Assembly: GCA_964016885.1 (NCBI GenBank)
Contig: OZ024742.1
Coordinates: 136,338,001 to 136,402,000 of the forward strand
DNA length: 64,000 nucleotides
Direction of reading: 5' to 3'
From: Eledone cirrhosa
Lineage: Eukaryota
Position numbers and translations under genes: made by a program. Positions 10,925-23,830 of the stretch are shown piece by piece. Below the pieces are notes generated by a model. The model saw nothing but the letters and a program-made list of their open reading frames with translations, did no database searches and was not told where the DNA came from. Every line of letters starts with the position of its first letter. Position 1 is the stretch's first letter.

Positions 10925-13179
10925 ATATATATATATATATATGTGTGTGTGTGTCATGGGATTTAGAGTAGTTACACCTTATCCTTGCCTGTCATAAGAG
11001 ACAACGAAAATGTTTCGTCGAAGGAAAGGCTTCAGGCTATTAAACATTGCCTCAAAATGGCCTGTCAAACCTATGTCAACATGGAAAATTGGCCATGAAA
11101 ACGATAGTGAGGACGTTATATATAAATAGGCAAAGCATTGCAATATTTTTCTAGGAATTATCAGTTGTGTCAATCTCTCTAGTATTAGTGCAATAATAAA
11201 ATGCATCTAGTACACTTTGTAAAATGGTTGGTAAAAGGGAGGCCATAAAACCGTAGAAAACACATCAAACAAGGGATTGAGAGGACTCTCTAAAGACGTG
11301 ACATCTGCACTATGGCTGGTATCATTATAAGATGCACCTGGTGCTCTCTATAGAGTATGGGAATGTATGTAAGCAAGACAAACTCTCTTGACCTGGATGA
11401 AAAGTCAATAACTCCGATTAACTATTGGTTTCGTCTGTGTCAACCCACCCAACCTTTGCTAGCAGGGAAAACAGATGATGAAGGATGATGTTATATGCAA
11501 AATAGCTATGGGGATTCATATAATGCCATGGTTATTTTGACACCTATATTTACTTAAGTAGGATCAAAATGGTCTGGGGAAATGCTACACTGTTATTTTG
11601 GCATAGAATTATGACCCTTTACATTCTGACTTCAAATCTTGTCGAAGTAAGTTTTGAATTTCATCCTTATGGGATTGATTTAATCGACTTTCCCTTCCCC
11701 CAAAAATTGTTGGCCTTGTGGATTATATATTCTAAGATTGGCTGAATTAATGTTATAAATCAAAAAAAGAATGGGGAAATTTTTCTGACTATATTTCATA
11801 CATATATCATTTTAATCAACACATCCAATACAACTGATCTCAGACCTCTGAATGTCTTGTGAAATAATGGATCTCAACCTTGAATGTTCCTCTGCAAGGG
11901 CAAAGTTTTTTTGTGGAAAATTAGCAGTCATTTGTGTACGTAAGCCTCCCTTCTCCGTGCCCTAAATGTTGTCTATGTGAAAGGGAAAGGCCAATTCAGC
12001 CTGGCATTTGTGATTTCACAGATAAAATCAGAATGCACAGGGCCATTTGAGATACCACATCTAACACACTATTTTTATTTATCCACATTGAATGAATGAA
12101 ATGTAAAATTGTTCTCAGCTGGATTTGAACTCAGAATGTAAAAAGTCTGAACAAATACCACCTTCTGTTTTATCTGATGTTGTAATGATTGCCAATTCAC
12201 TGCTTGTGTATTACATTTCTCCTATCCATTAGAGAAGTAATATCATAAGCAATGAATAATCAATAAACAGTATTTCAAGTCATGAACAAATATAGTTAAT
12301 ATGGTTTATAAAGCTGACTATGGCAACATAATTATTACCTTCTATAAAAGTAAATTTCGTATTTCACCAGAAAGATCAGCAAGCACCCAAATAACTAAAA
12401 GCTGATTAAGAAGAAACGACCATTCTCCAAAAGTGCAGAGTACCATGTAAAGCATTTCTTTTGTGTAAAGTATCTGAGACAAGTCAGATTTGCTAAGCAC
12501 AAACTTATTTAAAGAATACCACATGAGAGAGAACTTGTAAGAGAACTTGTAAGAGAATTTGCCTCAGTTATATAGTGCTTATGTTTCATCAGGAAATTAT
12601 ACTAATGTATAATATCTGCTTACAGTTAGGTTATGAGAGCCTTTGAGAATTAAAATGTTTTCTGCTTGCACAGTGTATGGTACAAATGGTGAGATATGAT
12701 TTGTTGATTATAGTTGTCAGACAAATTGGCCCATTTATTTGTGACTCTCCATGCTTTTATTATAAATCACTAAAATCCTATTTTGATTATCCAACATCTG
12801 TAACTATCCTACCTAAAATTATCTACCTCTATTTTATTTAGTCAATTGTTTGGATTTTTGTTATTGTTTTCTTTATTTACTTGAATTATCACTCTCCCAG
12901 TAAGATAATAAAACAACAAATTAATAAAATGATAACAACTACAAGCATTTTACTATCATTCGCCAATCTAAAGCAAAGATTAGATTTGTGGCACCCATTT
13001 TACTCATCATATACATCGTGATTTTTTTTTTATTAAAAACAATTCATTACAGCTAGATACCCCTTCTGGTGCCAATCCTTTTAGTCAGCTCTTCTGACAT
13101 GCAGATGTACCTATTCTAAACTAGTTTCACACAGGTGTAAATGCAAAATATTTTTCGCCCAAAGGGAAGATAAGTTTGG

Positions 13180-13370
13180 GGGATCAGAAAGTCGATTACA
13201 TTGACTCCAGTGTATTACTGATACTTTATTTTATGGACCTCATAAGGATGAAAGGCAAAGCCAACCATGGCAGGATTTGAAATCAGGACTTGCCACAAAG
13301 ATTTGAAATCAGAACTATGCCACAAAGTAGGGTGTTTGATGCTCTACTGATACTGCCAAATCACCACCCT
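13180..13370 (-). mobile_element. SINE family A copy
   Basis: ggatgaaaggcaaagccaacc..ggatttgaa is the reverse complement of the family A core. It has an internal ~27-bp duplication. Confidence 0.7.
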
Positions 13371-13844
13371 CCTAAAGACAAAATAACAAAGAATTTTGTA
13401 GATATTTGTTTCATTCAAAACGCTGTCTTTTAAGATATTAAATGTGTGTTGCGATGTTTTGTAATATCTCACATTTTTGGTGAAAAATTAGTCATATGAA
13501 AAATGAAATTCAATTCAAATATGTTTAGACATGCATTTACATAGAACTTGCTAGTGTCGATTTAATCAGCTGTAATGTTTTTCACAACATATTTGTAGGC
13601 CTTGGGCTTATGTAAGAGATTATTATATTATGTTTAATTTGTTGTTGATAGAAACAAATGTTTTTACAGCTTGATTAAAAAACAATTATTTCAGTGGACT
13701 AAACACAGCTAATACTTTAGATTACAGAACAAATGTTTTCGTTTGAATGATCACTAAGTATGTATCACTGGTACATGTTATTTTCCCCTACACCAAAGAG
13801 AAAGGGTTGATGATTGTGTTGTCCAAACTCAATGCATAATATAT

Positions 13845-14097
13845 TTTATCCCTTTCAACACCAGCCAGCCAGCATAAAACTAACTTTATTTATGTGTTTG
13901 TCATTAAATTCAATAAAACCTTTAATTGAAATCTTATGATTATAGAACATATAATACTATGGTAGTTAAATTAAATATGTATTTTATTGTTGTGAAAGTT
14001 ACTTATTTCCCTAATGTCTCATAATCCTTCCACATTTTTAAAATTAGAGCATAAAGGCTGTGTATTATTGTTAGAAATATAATCACAAAAGAGTTAA
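13845..14097. mobile_element. Putative piggyBac-type MITE (related to 754-954)
   Basis: Left end ttatcccctttc. Right end gtgtattattgttagaaatataatcacaaaagagTTAA, similar to 918-954. Confidence 0.4.
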
Positions 14098-15289
14098 AGA
14101 AAAACAAGTTTTGTTATTGAAGTAGCAAAAGGCTCACGTTTTAGAGGAAATGATTAAATGGGATATTGTGATATTCATGCCTTTTCCAATGGCTTTAGAG
14201 GTGCCAGCGAAATAAACTTTTCTCAATTGGACATCAAACTGAGCCACAGTAATATCATGCCAGGAGCTTATCGCTTGCTTTGCTCTAATATATAATATAT
14301 TGTCAGCATGATAAGAAAAATTTCCATTTGTATAATTGGACATTCATAGATGTGTTGTAATCAAGCTGTGATATAGCTGTAGCAATCAATGTATAGGATA
14401 GAAGCAGTTGAGTTTTTAAGATCTAGACACTGCATGGTATTAGATTCCTTTTAACAATAAAAGACAGATGTGAAAATCTTTAAAATATAGCTGTTAATAC
14501 AACTACTACCATCACCATCACCACTTTTGCCATTAATACTACTACTACTACTACCACAACTACTAATACTACTACCACAACCACTAATACTACTACCACA
14601 ACCATTAAGGTTGATTAAAATACTTGATGTAGTGAAGACTTTAGTGTCTGCTCTGCCATAATACAACTACACCACATTAAAAGAAAGAAATTAAATAGCT
14701 AATAAATAAATAAATGGATAAATAAAACAAAGATTGAATGTATAATGCAAAAACATGCAAACAAATAAATAAATAAATTTACTATGGATGGAAAGAAATA
14801 AAGAAGAGTACAAAGAATTTTAACAAAAAAATCTCACTGAAAAAATCAGATATTTGTCAGTTTAGAAAATTGAAATTAAAGGAGAAATGAGTTTGTAATG
14901 TCAATAATATTATATCTATTTCTGCACAGTTTCTCTTATGCTACATAATATACACATAGATAGACACTCATATACACGTACATACACAAACACAGACACA
15001 CATACATGTACCCACTCACATATACATACATACCCAAACACAGACTCACACACTTATTATTGCTGGTAGAACTATTTAGAATATAAAGACAAAATGCCTC
15101 ATACATGGTAACATGTTACATACAACCCTTTAACTTCTGAGTTCAAATCCAGTGGAGGTCAACTTTGTTGTTCATTCGTCCAGTGTCACTAAAATAAAGT
15201 ACCAGTAATGCATTGGGTCAATTGAATCGAGTTTTACTCACCCAAATGTGTTGGCTTTGTGTTTTAATCAGAAACCATTATTATTGGTA

Positions 15290-15725
15290 TTATTTCGGCC
15301 TCCCTCAGGATTGATAATTCCAGGTTTGGTCAAGATAGAGGACCAAATCCAGTGGTCCAAGGTATCATGATGTTGTTTCCTTCTTGAAAGTTTATATCCA
15401 ATAATTTTGTATTATCCTAGCTGTTCCATTGCAAATAAGGTTTCTGTAACATTTCCACTGTAAGATTCAATTCTAGTTTTTCTATCAATTTATCAAAATT
15501 CTTTGTGATCATCTTCAAACGACCACTGGTATCACTTCCACCTTTTTCATTTTTCACATTCTTAAAATTTCATTATTCAGGGGACCATAATTTATACACT
15601 TTTCATCCTTTTCTTCTATGTGACAAGCTCACTCTATCAACATTTTGTTTTACTTTTCGATTAGAGTGACGTCTGGTCTATTATGATATAGCCGTTTATC
15701 AGTTCCTATGGGTAAATCCCATAAA
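15290..15725 (-). mobile_element. R4/Dong-clade non-LTR element 3' end (REL endonuclease remnant)
   Basis: The minus strand encodes WDLPIGTDKRLYHNRPDVTLIE, the WD..I.TD....HNRPD REL motif, followed by ITKNFDKLIEKLEL..EMLQK. Confidence 0.75.
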
Positions 15726-16049
15726 ATCTATTACTGTTATTATAATTATTTGTCATGTTTTTATTCTGCATCATCACTGCATCATTCTGCATCAGCACAA
15801 CTCTGTGTGCCTAGGGCATGTGCACTGTTGCTTTTTTGTACTGAGAGTATTCCTTATATGTATGCAGGGCCTAGTAGTGCCATATTTTGTATGCTGTATA
15901 TATATGTGACCCTCCTCCTTCTTTTTCTTCTTCTCTTTCTTCTTCTTTCTTCTTTCTTCTTCTTTCTTCTTTCTTCTCCTTTCTTCTTCTTTCTTCTTTC
16001 TTCTTTTTTTTTCTTTTTTATTCTTTCTTCTGCTTTCTTCTCTTCCTAC

Positions 16050-16510
16050 TCCTCAAAGGGTCATGGGGACAGAGTCTTCAAACACCCCTTCTAGTAGGTT
16101 CTGTCAGAAGCAACTCTCTCCAGCTGACCTGGCTGGATCCTCAAGGGAGACAAGCCAAGCTCATAGATGTTATCTAACCATCTTGTTTGGGTTCTACCCC
16201 TGCGTCTCCTGTCGGTTGATTTTTGCCTATAAAATTTGTCCAGCAATTCTTTCCTAAGCCATTCAAACCACATGTCTATAGTATCAAAGCTGTGATCTCT
16301 CAATTCGGAGAAGTAGCAACTCTACCTGGAGTGATGCTTTGATCTCTCAGTTGAGCACCCTACTGAATGACATTGCTCCAAAGACCCTTCAGAGGAACTC
16401 CATTTGGCTGCTTGAATTTGCGATCATATTCTTTCGGTCATTACTAAAAATTCATGACCAAGGCACAAATACAAAATTGAAGATAGTGAGTTTGACTTTT
16501 ACACATACTT
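16050..16510 (-). mobile_element. RTE LINE 3' end fragment
   Basis: ORF 16091-16303(-) ends RRRRGRTQTRWLDNIYELGLSPLRIQPGQLERVASDR. An adjacent (GAA)n-like tract lies at 15917-16050. Confidence 0.75.
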
Positions 16511-16899
16511 CCCTTCTTATGGCTTTGTTGATTATTATTATTATCATGGCTCACGTTTGTAAATCTCAGACACTTAGATGTTAAATGATCTGGATATTTC
16601 AGTTAGGAGCAGTCAACAAGTTGCCAAAAGTCCCTCACAGCATTTTCTCCTGTGTCTTACATAGACATGACTTCCTTAAAATCCTTGCTGTACGATGAAA
16701 TGCTGTCTTCTGCTTCACCTGTAACCTTGCATCATTTCAAATTACTGTAGTTGTTGTCACTACTACTATTACTGCAACTACTACTAAAAATACCTTTTAT
16801 TCAACACTGATTCTCTTTTATTGGAGACTATACACACACTCATACATTCACAAACATGTTCATACATAAATGTATGCAACAATATGTCAATGTGTATAC

Positions 16900-17210
16900 A
16901 ACATGACTGAATGGTTAAGTAGTTTTCTTCACAATCCTTAAGTCCTAGATTCGATTGGCCTCATTGCATGGGATCTTTGGAAAATGTCATTTAGCCTTAG
17001 GCTGCCTTGTAACTTGTGAGTGAAATTAGAAGTCTATTTGATGGACTGTACCTGTAATTCAAGGAGCCAGCCATGTCATGCTGAATCTCATTGAGAATTA
17101 CTTGTCTTTGGCATGCTCAGCCACGTACAAGTTATTTTCATGAGTAAGCTGTACCATTGATAGAACAACTGGAGAATTTGTCATCTAAACTGACGGAGAA
17201 TCCATGGCAA
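16900..17210 (+). mobile_element. tRNA/CORE-like SINE with alternative body
   Basis: Head catgactgaatggttaag and body ggactgtacctgtaattcaagga..tgagaattac. Partial homologues at 38070-38310 and 47960-48080. Confidence 0.55.
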
Positions 17211-17544
17211 CAAAATTATGGCATTCACTAACAAGAAAACAAGGAATTGGAAAGAAGAATCCTTACCAAGAAGTTTTATCACTTGAGTGTTTGCTATTTA
17301 ACAAAGAATGAAATATACAGAAAGAAGATTTTACACCGATAAAAGAGGGAAAAATTCATTATTCTTTCAAAATATAAATATTTATGTGTCTTCATGCACG
17401 TGTGTAGTTGCATAAACACACCCAAACACATATTCACATGCACACATACACACATTATACATGCCTTGGATTGGTGCAATATAATGCTTTTTATCATACA
17501 TATATATATCTACAGGTATATCTACAAGTATGCGTGTCTATGTA

Positions 17545-17608
17545 CACACACACACACACACACACACATACATACATACATACATACATACATACATACA
17601 TACATACA

Positions 17609-17638
<30 letters not shown>
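17545..17638. repeat. (CA)n-(CATA)n compound microsatellite
   Basis: Directly visible. Confidence 0.95.
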
Positions 17639-17640
<2 letters not shown>

Positions 17641-18075
17641 CGTGTGTCTATGTGCAATTATTTGTGTCAGTGTATTTATATATGTATTACATATATATAT
17701 ATATATGTGTGTGTCTGTTGCAGTTCAAGAACTGAGGTTTTCACTATTGTTTTTTCCCACAATTTGCTTTCCTGTTTATTTATGTTTACTATATTTCTAC
17801 AATATATATATATATATATACATATATATTACATATACATCATATGCACTTGTTATATGTTAGCATGTAACCATATGGGTCTGTATACACAACACAGAAA
17901 TAATAATAATGTACCCCGCCACACACACATATGTACGCAAACAATGTTAGATACTCCAGCTTGTATTTCTTCTATACTGTACAGCCTTCCTACAAATAAT
18001 AACATATAATTTTACTTTCTTCCTTCTTCAGTTTCCAATTCTTCTCTTTTGTTCTTCTTGATTATATATTTATTT

Positions 18076-18130
<55 letters not shown>

Positions 18131-21100
18131 TTATTTCGTTGTTATGATTATTATCATCATCAACAATAACACCAACCCCACCATCACTACTACTACTGCT
18201 GCTACTACTATTTTTTGTGTGTGCTTTTCCTTGTCTTAACACACATAGTTTTCTTCCCTTTGATGTTCCCTGCTTTTCTTGCTTGCTTTTTCTTTCTTCC
18301 TATACCAATATCACAGCTGCTGTTCTCTTACCCAGAAAATGGTAAAACCAAAACAATTTTTTCTCAGTGGAGAAGGTGTTGCGTTGAATCTCTTGTTGAT
18401 ATGAGTTGAGCTGAGCTAAGCTGGAGATTATTTTTTCCTCATCGTTTTTCCCTGTTCTCAAAAAAAAAAAAAAAAAAAAATTCTTTTAAATCAATAATAT
18501 TTTTTACTACAAACACCATAAGAAGTTGTACACAAACTGATGATAATGATAAGAACAACTAAAAACAAAAACATAGTTGCCTCCTTCACAATCTCTATCC
18601 ACATAAAATTACTAAAAATTCTCTGTATTATATATTGTCATTTTTGTGAGGTTTTTACTACCTTTATAATCTTCTTTAAATAACAGTTTAAAATTTAAGT
18701 GCGAGAATAGCAAAATAAAACGAAAATAGAGAATATAACAATAAGGCAAAGGAAGCAATGAAAAATATATTGGATGAATGTTCTCAACCTCCCCCAAAAC
18801 ATGTATGAAAATAGAATATAAATGAGAGAAAAATACTTTAAAGTTAGATTCACAGTAATGCATCAACAATGATTGATTAACCCTTTTCTTATCAAACCAC
18901 CTTAAACCCTTCCAAATTCTACATTATAAAAATAAACTGTTTATGTGTCCATATCAATGCAGTTTTCTCTCTTCCATGTTACATCTGATTCTTCATTTGT
19001 ACTTTGTCATTTATGTGCATTAGCATTAAGCATCCAACAGAGCATGCTTGATTCATTTCTTTTCTGCCTTTGCATATTTATTGAGTGTGATTCTATGACA
19101 TTCATATGTTTCTCAAGGCCTTGGATCATTTTTGCTATTGAATCTAGACTTCAATTCAAATAACAGACTGAATATGGGGCTGATGTGAAATAAACCTTCT
19201 TTCAGTTATTCACTGCAAGATAAACAATGAACAATTCCTACCATAATATTATGTTTATAAAATGAAAAAGAAAATCATCTTGTTCTTCTTCTATTGGTAG
19301 AATGATTGGAGCAAATTGGCTTTAATCAATAAAGGACTGTTGGGTATTCAAACTACCTTAATATTTTGAATATATATGTTAGGTGACAACCATCTATTTT
19401 TGGTACTAATTTGTGTAACCCAAAATTCCCTAGTTCTCACATAGTCTAATCAATTTAGCTATAAATAGTTACTGCAGACTTTGAATAATGGGATATATTT
19501 CTAATTTTTTCCATTGCATTGACCTTCAAGATGAGAAATAATGTCAATTGTATGTCATAAAAATATTGTTAGTAACCAAGTAATTGTAAAGCAGTTGATT
19601 ACTTTGTAGCATGGATCTAGATATATATAACTTTTGTATAGATACACAAGAAAAAAATATACAAAATCTGTATGATCTCCAAGAAATCTATACGTGTTTT
19701 CCATAACATTGTAATATTTCAAAAAGGAAATTTCAAATTTTTTTTGTAAAGGTTAGAATTGTATGCAAGGACTGCATATTATTCACAATCTGTTGCATGA
19801 TTTCTCATCGGCAGAGCACATGAACATTCATATGTATTAAAGAAATATATAATAGATATACATACAATAGTTGGTGGATGGCAGAATTGAGAGTTATAAA
19901 TGAAACACCTTGTAGTATTTGGTTATGTCCCTTTATATTTTGAATTCAAATTCTGCTTAGGTCTAATTTGCCTTTTATTATCTTGAGGTTGATTAAATAA
20001 GTATGGTGTTGATATAATTAACAGTGCCATAGAAGACAGTGCCCCAGCATGGTAACTCACTGATAACGGGAATCAGTCAAAACAAGATTAACTTCATAGA
20101 TGATTAGTAATTTGACCAGGCTCATTGTAGACTTTGTACTCAAAGCTCTCTTGTCTTTATACATTAACAAAAGAAGAACAAAAATTTCACACTCTAAGTA
20201 CTTTACTATGAAGTAAACCCAGAATTTGATTAGATTAAGATGCTGCCTACAATTCCTGTTTTGGCTATAGGGTTTTGCTAGTTGTAGAGCTAACAAACTG
20301 ACCCTAGATACATTTCATTAAGCTGTATTCTATCATGGTGTCTCAACAAACCAATAGATTATGGGATTCACCAAATCTGTGAATTCATTGACCCATTAAA
20401 TTAAATTAAGTTAGAATCTCTTTCTTCTTACCATAGCACTGCATATTAGCTCTCTGTTTCATTCTATCACTTTTCTTTTTCAATCTTCTTCATAATTAAA
20501 ATAGTCGCTATCAAGACCACCACCTCTTCTTTATTATCTTCTAGCTGCATATGAAATTATTGCAGTTTGGAAGAGCCTTCGTTTTTACCTCTTATCTCAC
20601 TCTGTCTTCTTTATATGCTCCCACTGTGTCCACAGTTTTCTTGAAATCAACTTCAAGAGGTTTCTCCATTTCTTAGCCACCATCTCTCATCTTTTTATGC
20701 ATTAGAGTATACAAACAAAAGAAAAATTACACAATATATACAGACTATATTTATTCATTCATAGACGTTCTTGTTTACTTAATATTCTGATCTAAAAAAA
20801 ACTGAGAACAGAGTATATCTGAGCATTTCAAGCTAGAGGCTTATGATGTAAACTAGATAGTCCTCACCTGAAATATAAAGTTAATTACTACTGATACTGA
20901 TTTTTCTCTTCCTATGTGTTTCCATGTTTTTGGTTTCTATTTTCAACCTTACTCTTTGCTTTTATTTCTTTTTAACCTTTTCATATACACAAAATTCATA
21001 CAATTTTTCCTGAGGAAAGAAATTTTATCAAGATTTTACCTGGAAATATATAAACGAACACCTCAACTCTCATTAACCTTTACCATGAATATGTCATGTT

Positions 21101-21564
21101 GACAGTGTATTTAATAATACACAAATATGAGAACCCCATTATATTATACTATTGCTGTAATTATAGTGGTGAATACTATATCCAATACCTTGGAGATCAG
21201 TGTCTAAAACAAAAGAAACATTTCCACTGAGCCAAGAATGAAATGAAATGATGACGTGGTTGGTTTTTAAGCACTAGATGAAGCCAGCCAATTCACTTTG
21301 CATGTGGTTTTTATACAGCTGCCTTTGGAAAAAGCAGAAATATCATATAATATGGCTTTATTTCTCAATGCTCCCATTCTTTCTAAAATATAGAATCTTT
21401 CTGACAGAATTAGAAGAGCATTAAATAGTCTTGAGAATATTTTGTTTTGTCCTTTACAACCTTAGTTCTAATTCTGCCGTGTTTTATCCAGCTTTCTACA
21501 TTCAAGGATTAATACAATCAATATCAATCATGCTCCGGATTACATCCAATTATATTTGTAGTCA

Positions 21565-21660
21565 TTCTTTCATCCTTACAGGGTCGATAAAATAAAGTAC
21601 CAGTAATGCACTGGGTAATTGCTGGCCTTGTGCCTAAAGTAGAAACAATTATTATTATTA

Positions 21661-21710
<50 letters not shown>

Positions 21711-21942
21711 AGGATGGTGGATGGGCAGAATTTGTAGAGCCTCAGACACTATGCTTTGTGGAATATAATTACGGCCCATTAGGTTGTGAGTTCAAATCCC
21801 ATTGAGGCTAGCTTTGCCCTTCATCATTACAGGGTCAATAAAATAAACTGCCAATAACGTAGTGTGGTCGATTCAATCAACTTTCCTCTTCGCCAACATT
21901 GTTAGACTTCTGCCTAAATCAGAAACCATTATTATTATTATT
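21565..21942 (+). mobile_element. Two tandem SINE family A copies with (ATT)n tails
   Basis: A 3' fragment with a long (ATT)n tail (21565-21710) is followed by a near-full copy (21711-21942). Confidence 0.8.
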
Positions 21943-21989
21943 TAATCTGGTTTTGTTGGAACTTGATTTCTATCCACAGCCTATGGTAC

Positions 21990-23830
21990 CAAGTTATTTG
22001 TTCCCTTCAGTTATCTTGTACTTTCCTGATAATTCTGACCATGCCAAGGTGGGAAACGTTTTGCAATAACTCTACTGGGTATTCTATTCCTCTTTTCTTT
22101 ACGTTCCTCTCAATATCTTTTGATACTGTTTCTAAGGTCCCAATAACAATCAGCACTGTCTTCACCATTTTCATCTTACAGAGTCAGGCAATCTTATACT
22201 TAAGAGGAATGTACATGTCTAATTTCTCACCTTTATTCTTAACTCTCCTTGTGTCAAATGGGCATGTAATATTGATTATAACACACAAGATTTACTGTGT
22301 CCACAACCCTATGTCAAGTTTGTTGTGCTCAGGCACCTGACCCGTTTGAATTGGGAAATCACACTGTCACTCTCTGTGGTTTGTAGTTGTGTCATATCTT
22401 ACCACTTTTTAACTCCCACATTCCACACAGCTTCCAATGCAGACCTTTTGCCAACTTACCTTATCTTCACAACTTATACTGGTTTTTGGCAAGTTCAGGA
22501 GATTCTGTTGTAATATGGGCAATAGTTTTGTTAATTTCTTTACATAGAGAGACACCTGATCATATCTAAGCCTGACACTCGAAATTGTGGCCAAGGCTTG
22601 GTCTTGAACTGCAAGTATAGTGCTCTCAGTCTCCTTAAGTGCTCCTTTCTTCAAACAGCCACATCTATGTTCTACAGTAACTTCAGTTGTGACCATGTGA
22701 AATTTTTTTTGTAACCCCTTGTGGAGTAGTGCTTCTTCATATACTTCTTGTACTTCTTGATTTGTTTTCTCCTTCTTTCCTGCTTTCAATATGTTCTTTT
22801 CTTTTAGTACTACTAGCAAGGTTTTGTCACTTTGGGTTAGATATTTCAGCAAGCTCCCATATTCAGTGTGCATGCAGTCTTCTATGCTTATCATTCTCTT
22901 TCCTTTATTTGTTGCCTTCATGTATAGACGATCATGGATGATGGGCTCCATGCATAGTCACCTGTTGTTTTGTCTTCCTATCCAACTACTTTAGCTCATG
23001 CTCTGTCCACTTCAAAATTTCAGCTGCAATTGCAAGCAAGTTTATTGCCGGGAATATGTTTCCGGCATTCAGCTTTCAATCCAATATCTTTTTCAATTGT
23101 CACAGATACTCTTTCTTTGGCTTTTGTTTCATATCATCATGCTTAATTCCATCTGCCTCAAGTTTTCCCAGGGATTTATATCTGGATTCAGGTTCAATAT
23201 CCTTTATGATTTCCCCACTTGACATACTTATAATCTCTGTTTTCACACAATTTTTTCTTCTTCTCATCATCACAACACATTCTGAAAGTCCAAGCTCCAT
23301 CTTGATATCATTTGAGAAAATCCACACAGAGTAGATAGACTAGGCTACCTAATTCTCCCTCACATTTTGAAAAAAACTTCAAATCCTCTGTATATAGCAG
23401 CTGATTGAACTTTCCTTTATCCCTTCCCAGATCAGATCCCAACATTGTCTTTCAAAACATTTCACAGAGATCAATGGAGATATACAGTCCTTCTGGTAGA
23501 TACCCTTCTTATTTTTCACTTCTCTTGTCAATTCAGTGGTCCAACATTTCATACTGTTCCATATAAGGCTTATTATGCTTTCTGCTTCTCCATTCATTTC
23601 AATAGACATACAATTCATTGGCCAATGTACCGCATTGGTTTTGAACTGAGTAAAATGAAATCAACCAGTATACAGTTTGTCCAAGCTGACGCTGGTATTA
23701 TCAGTTTACTCAATCACAATATGACTGCTTTGTACATAGTATTGGGCAAAACACAGCAAAGACTAGTCCAATTATGTGACAATAACTGCCTTAGTTGTTG
23801 CTGTAAATTTCAATTTTTATCTTAACATGT
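21990..23830 (-). mobile_element. Decayed R4/Dong-clade non-LTR retrotransposon (RT C-terminal half to REL endonuclease)
   Basis: Fragments KKGIYQKDCISPL (GIFQGDxLSPL), FSNDIKMELGLSEC, YKSLGKLEADGI, DRLYMKATNKGKRMISIED and LKETESTILAVQDQALAT. A C-terminal CPFD..VIGTL..LLQ..LG..RIIRK lies near 22020-22270. Confidence 0.88.
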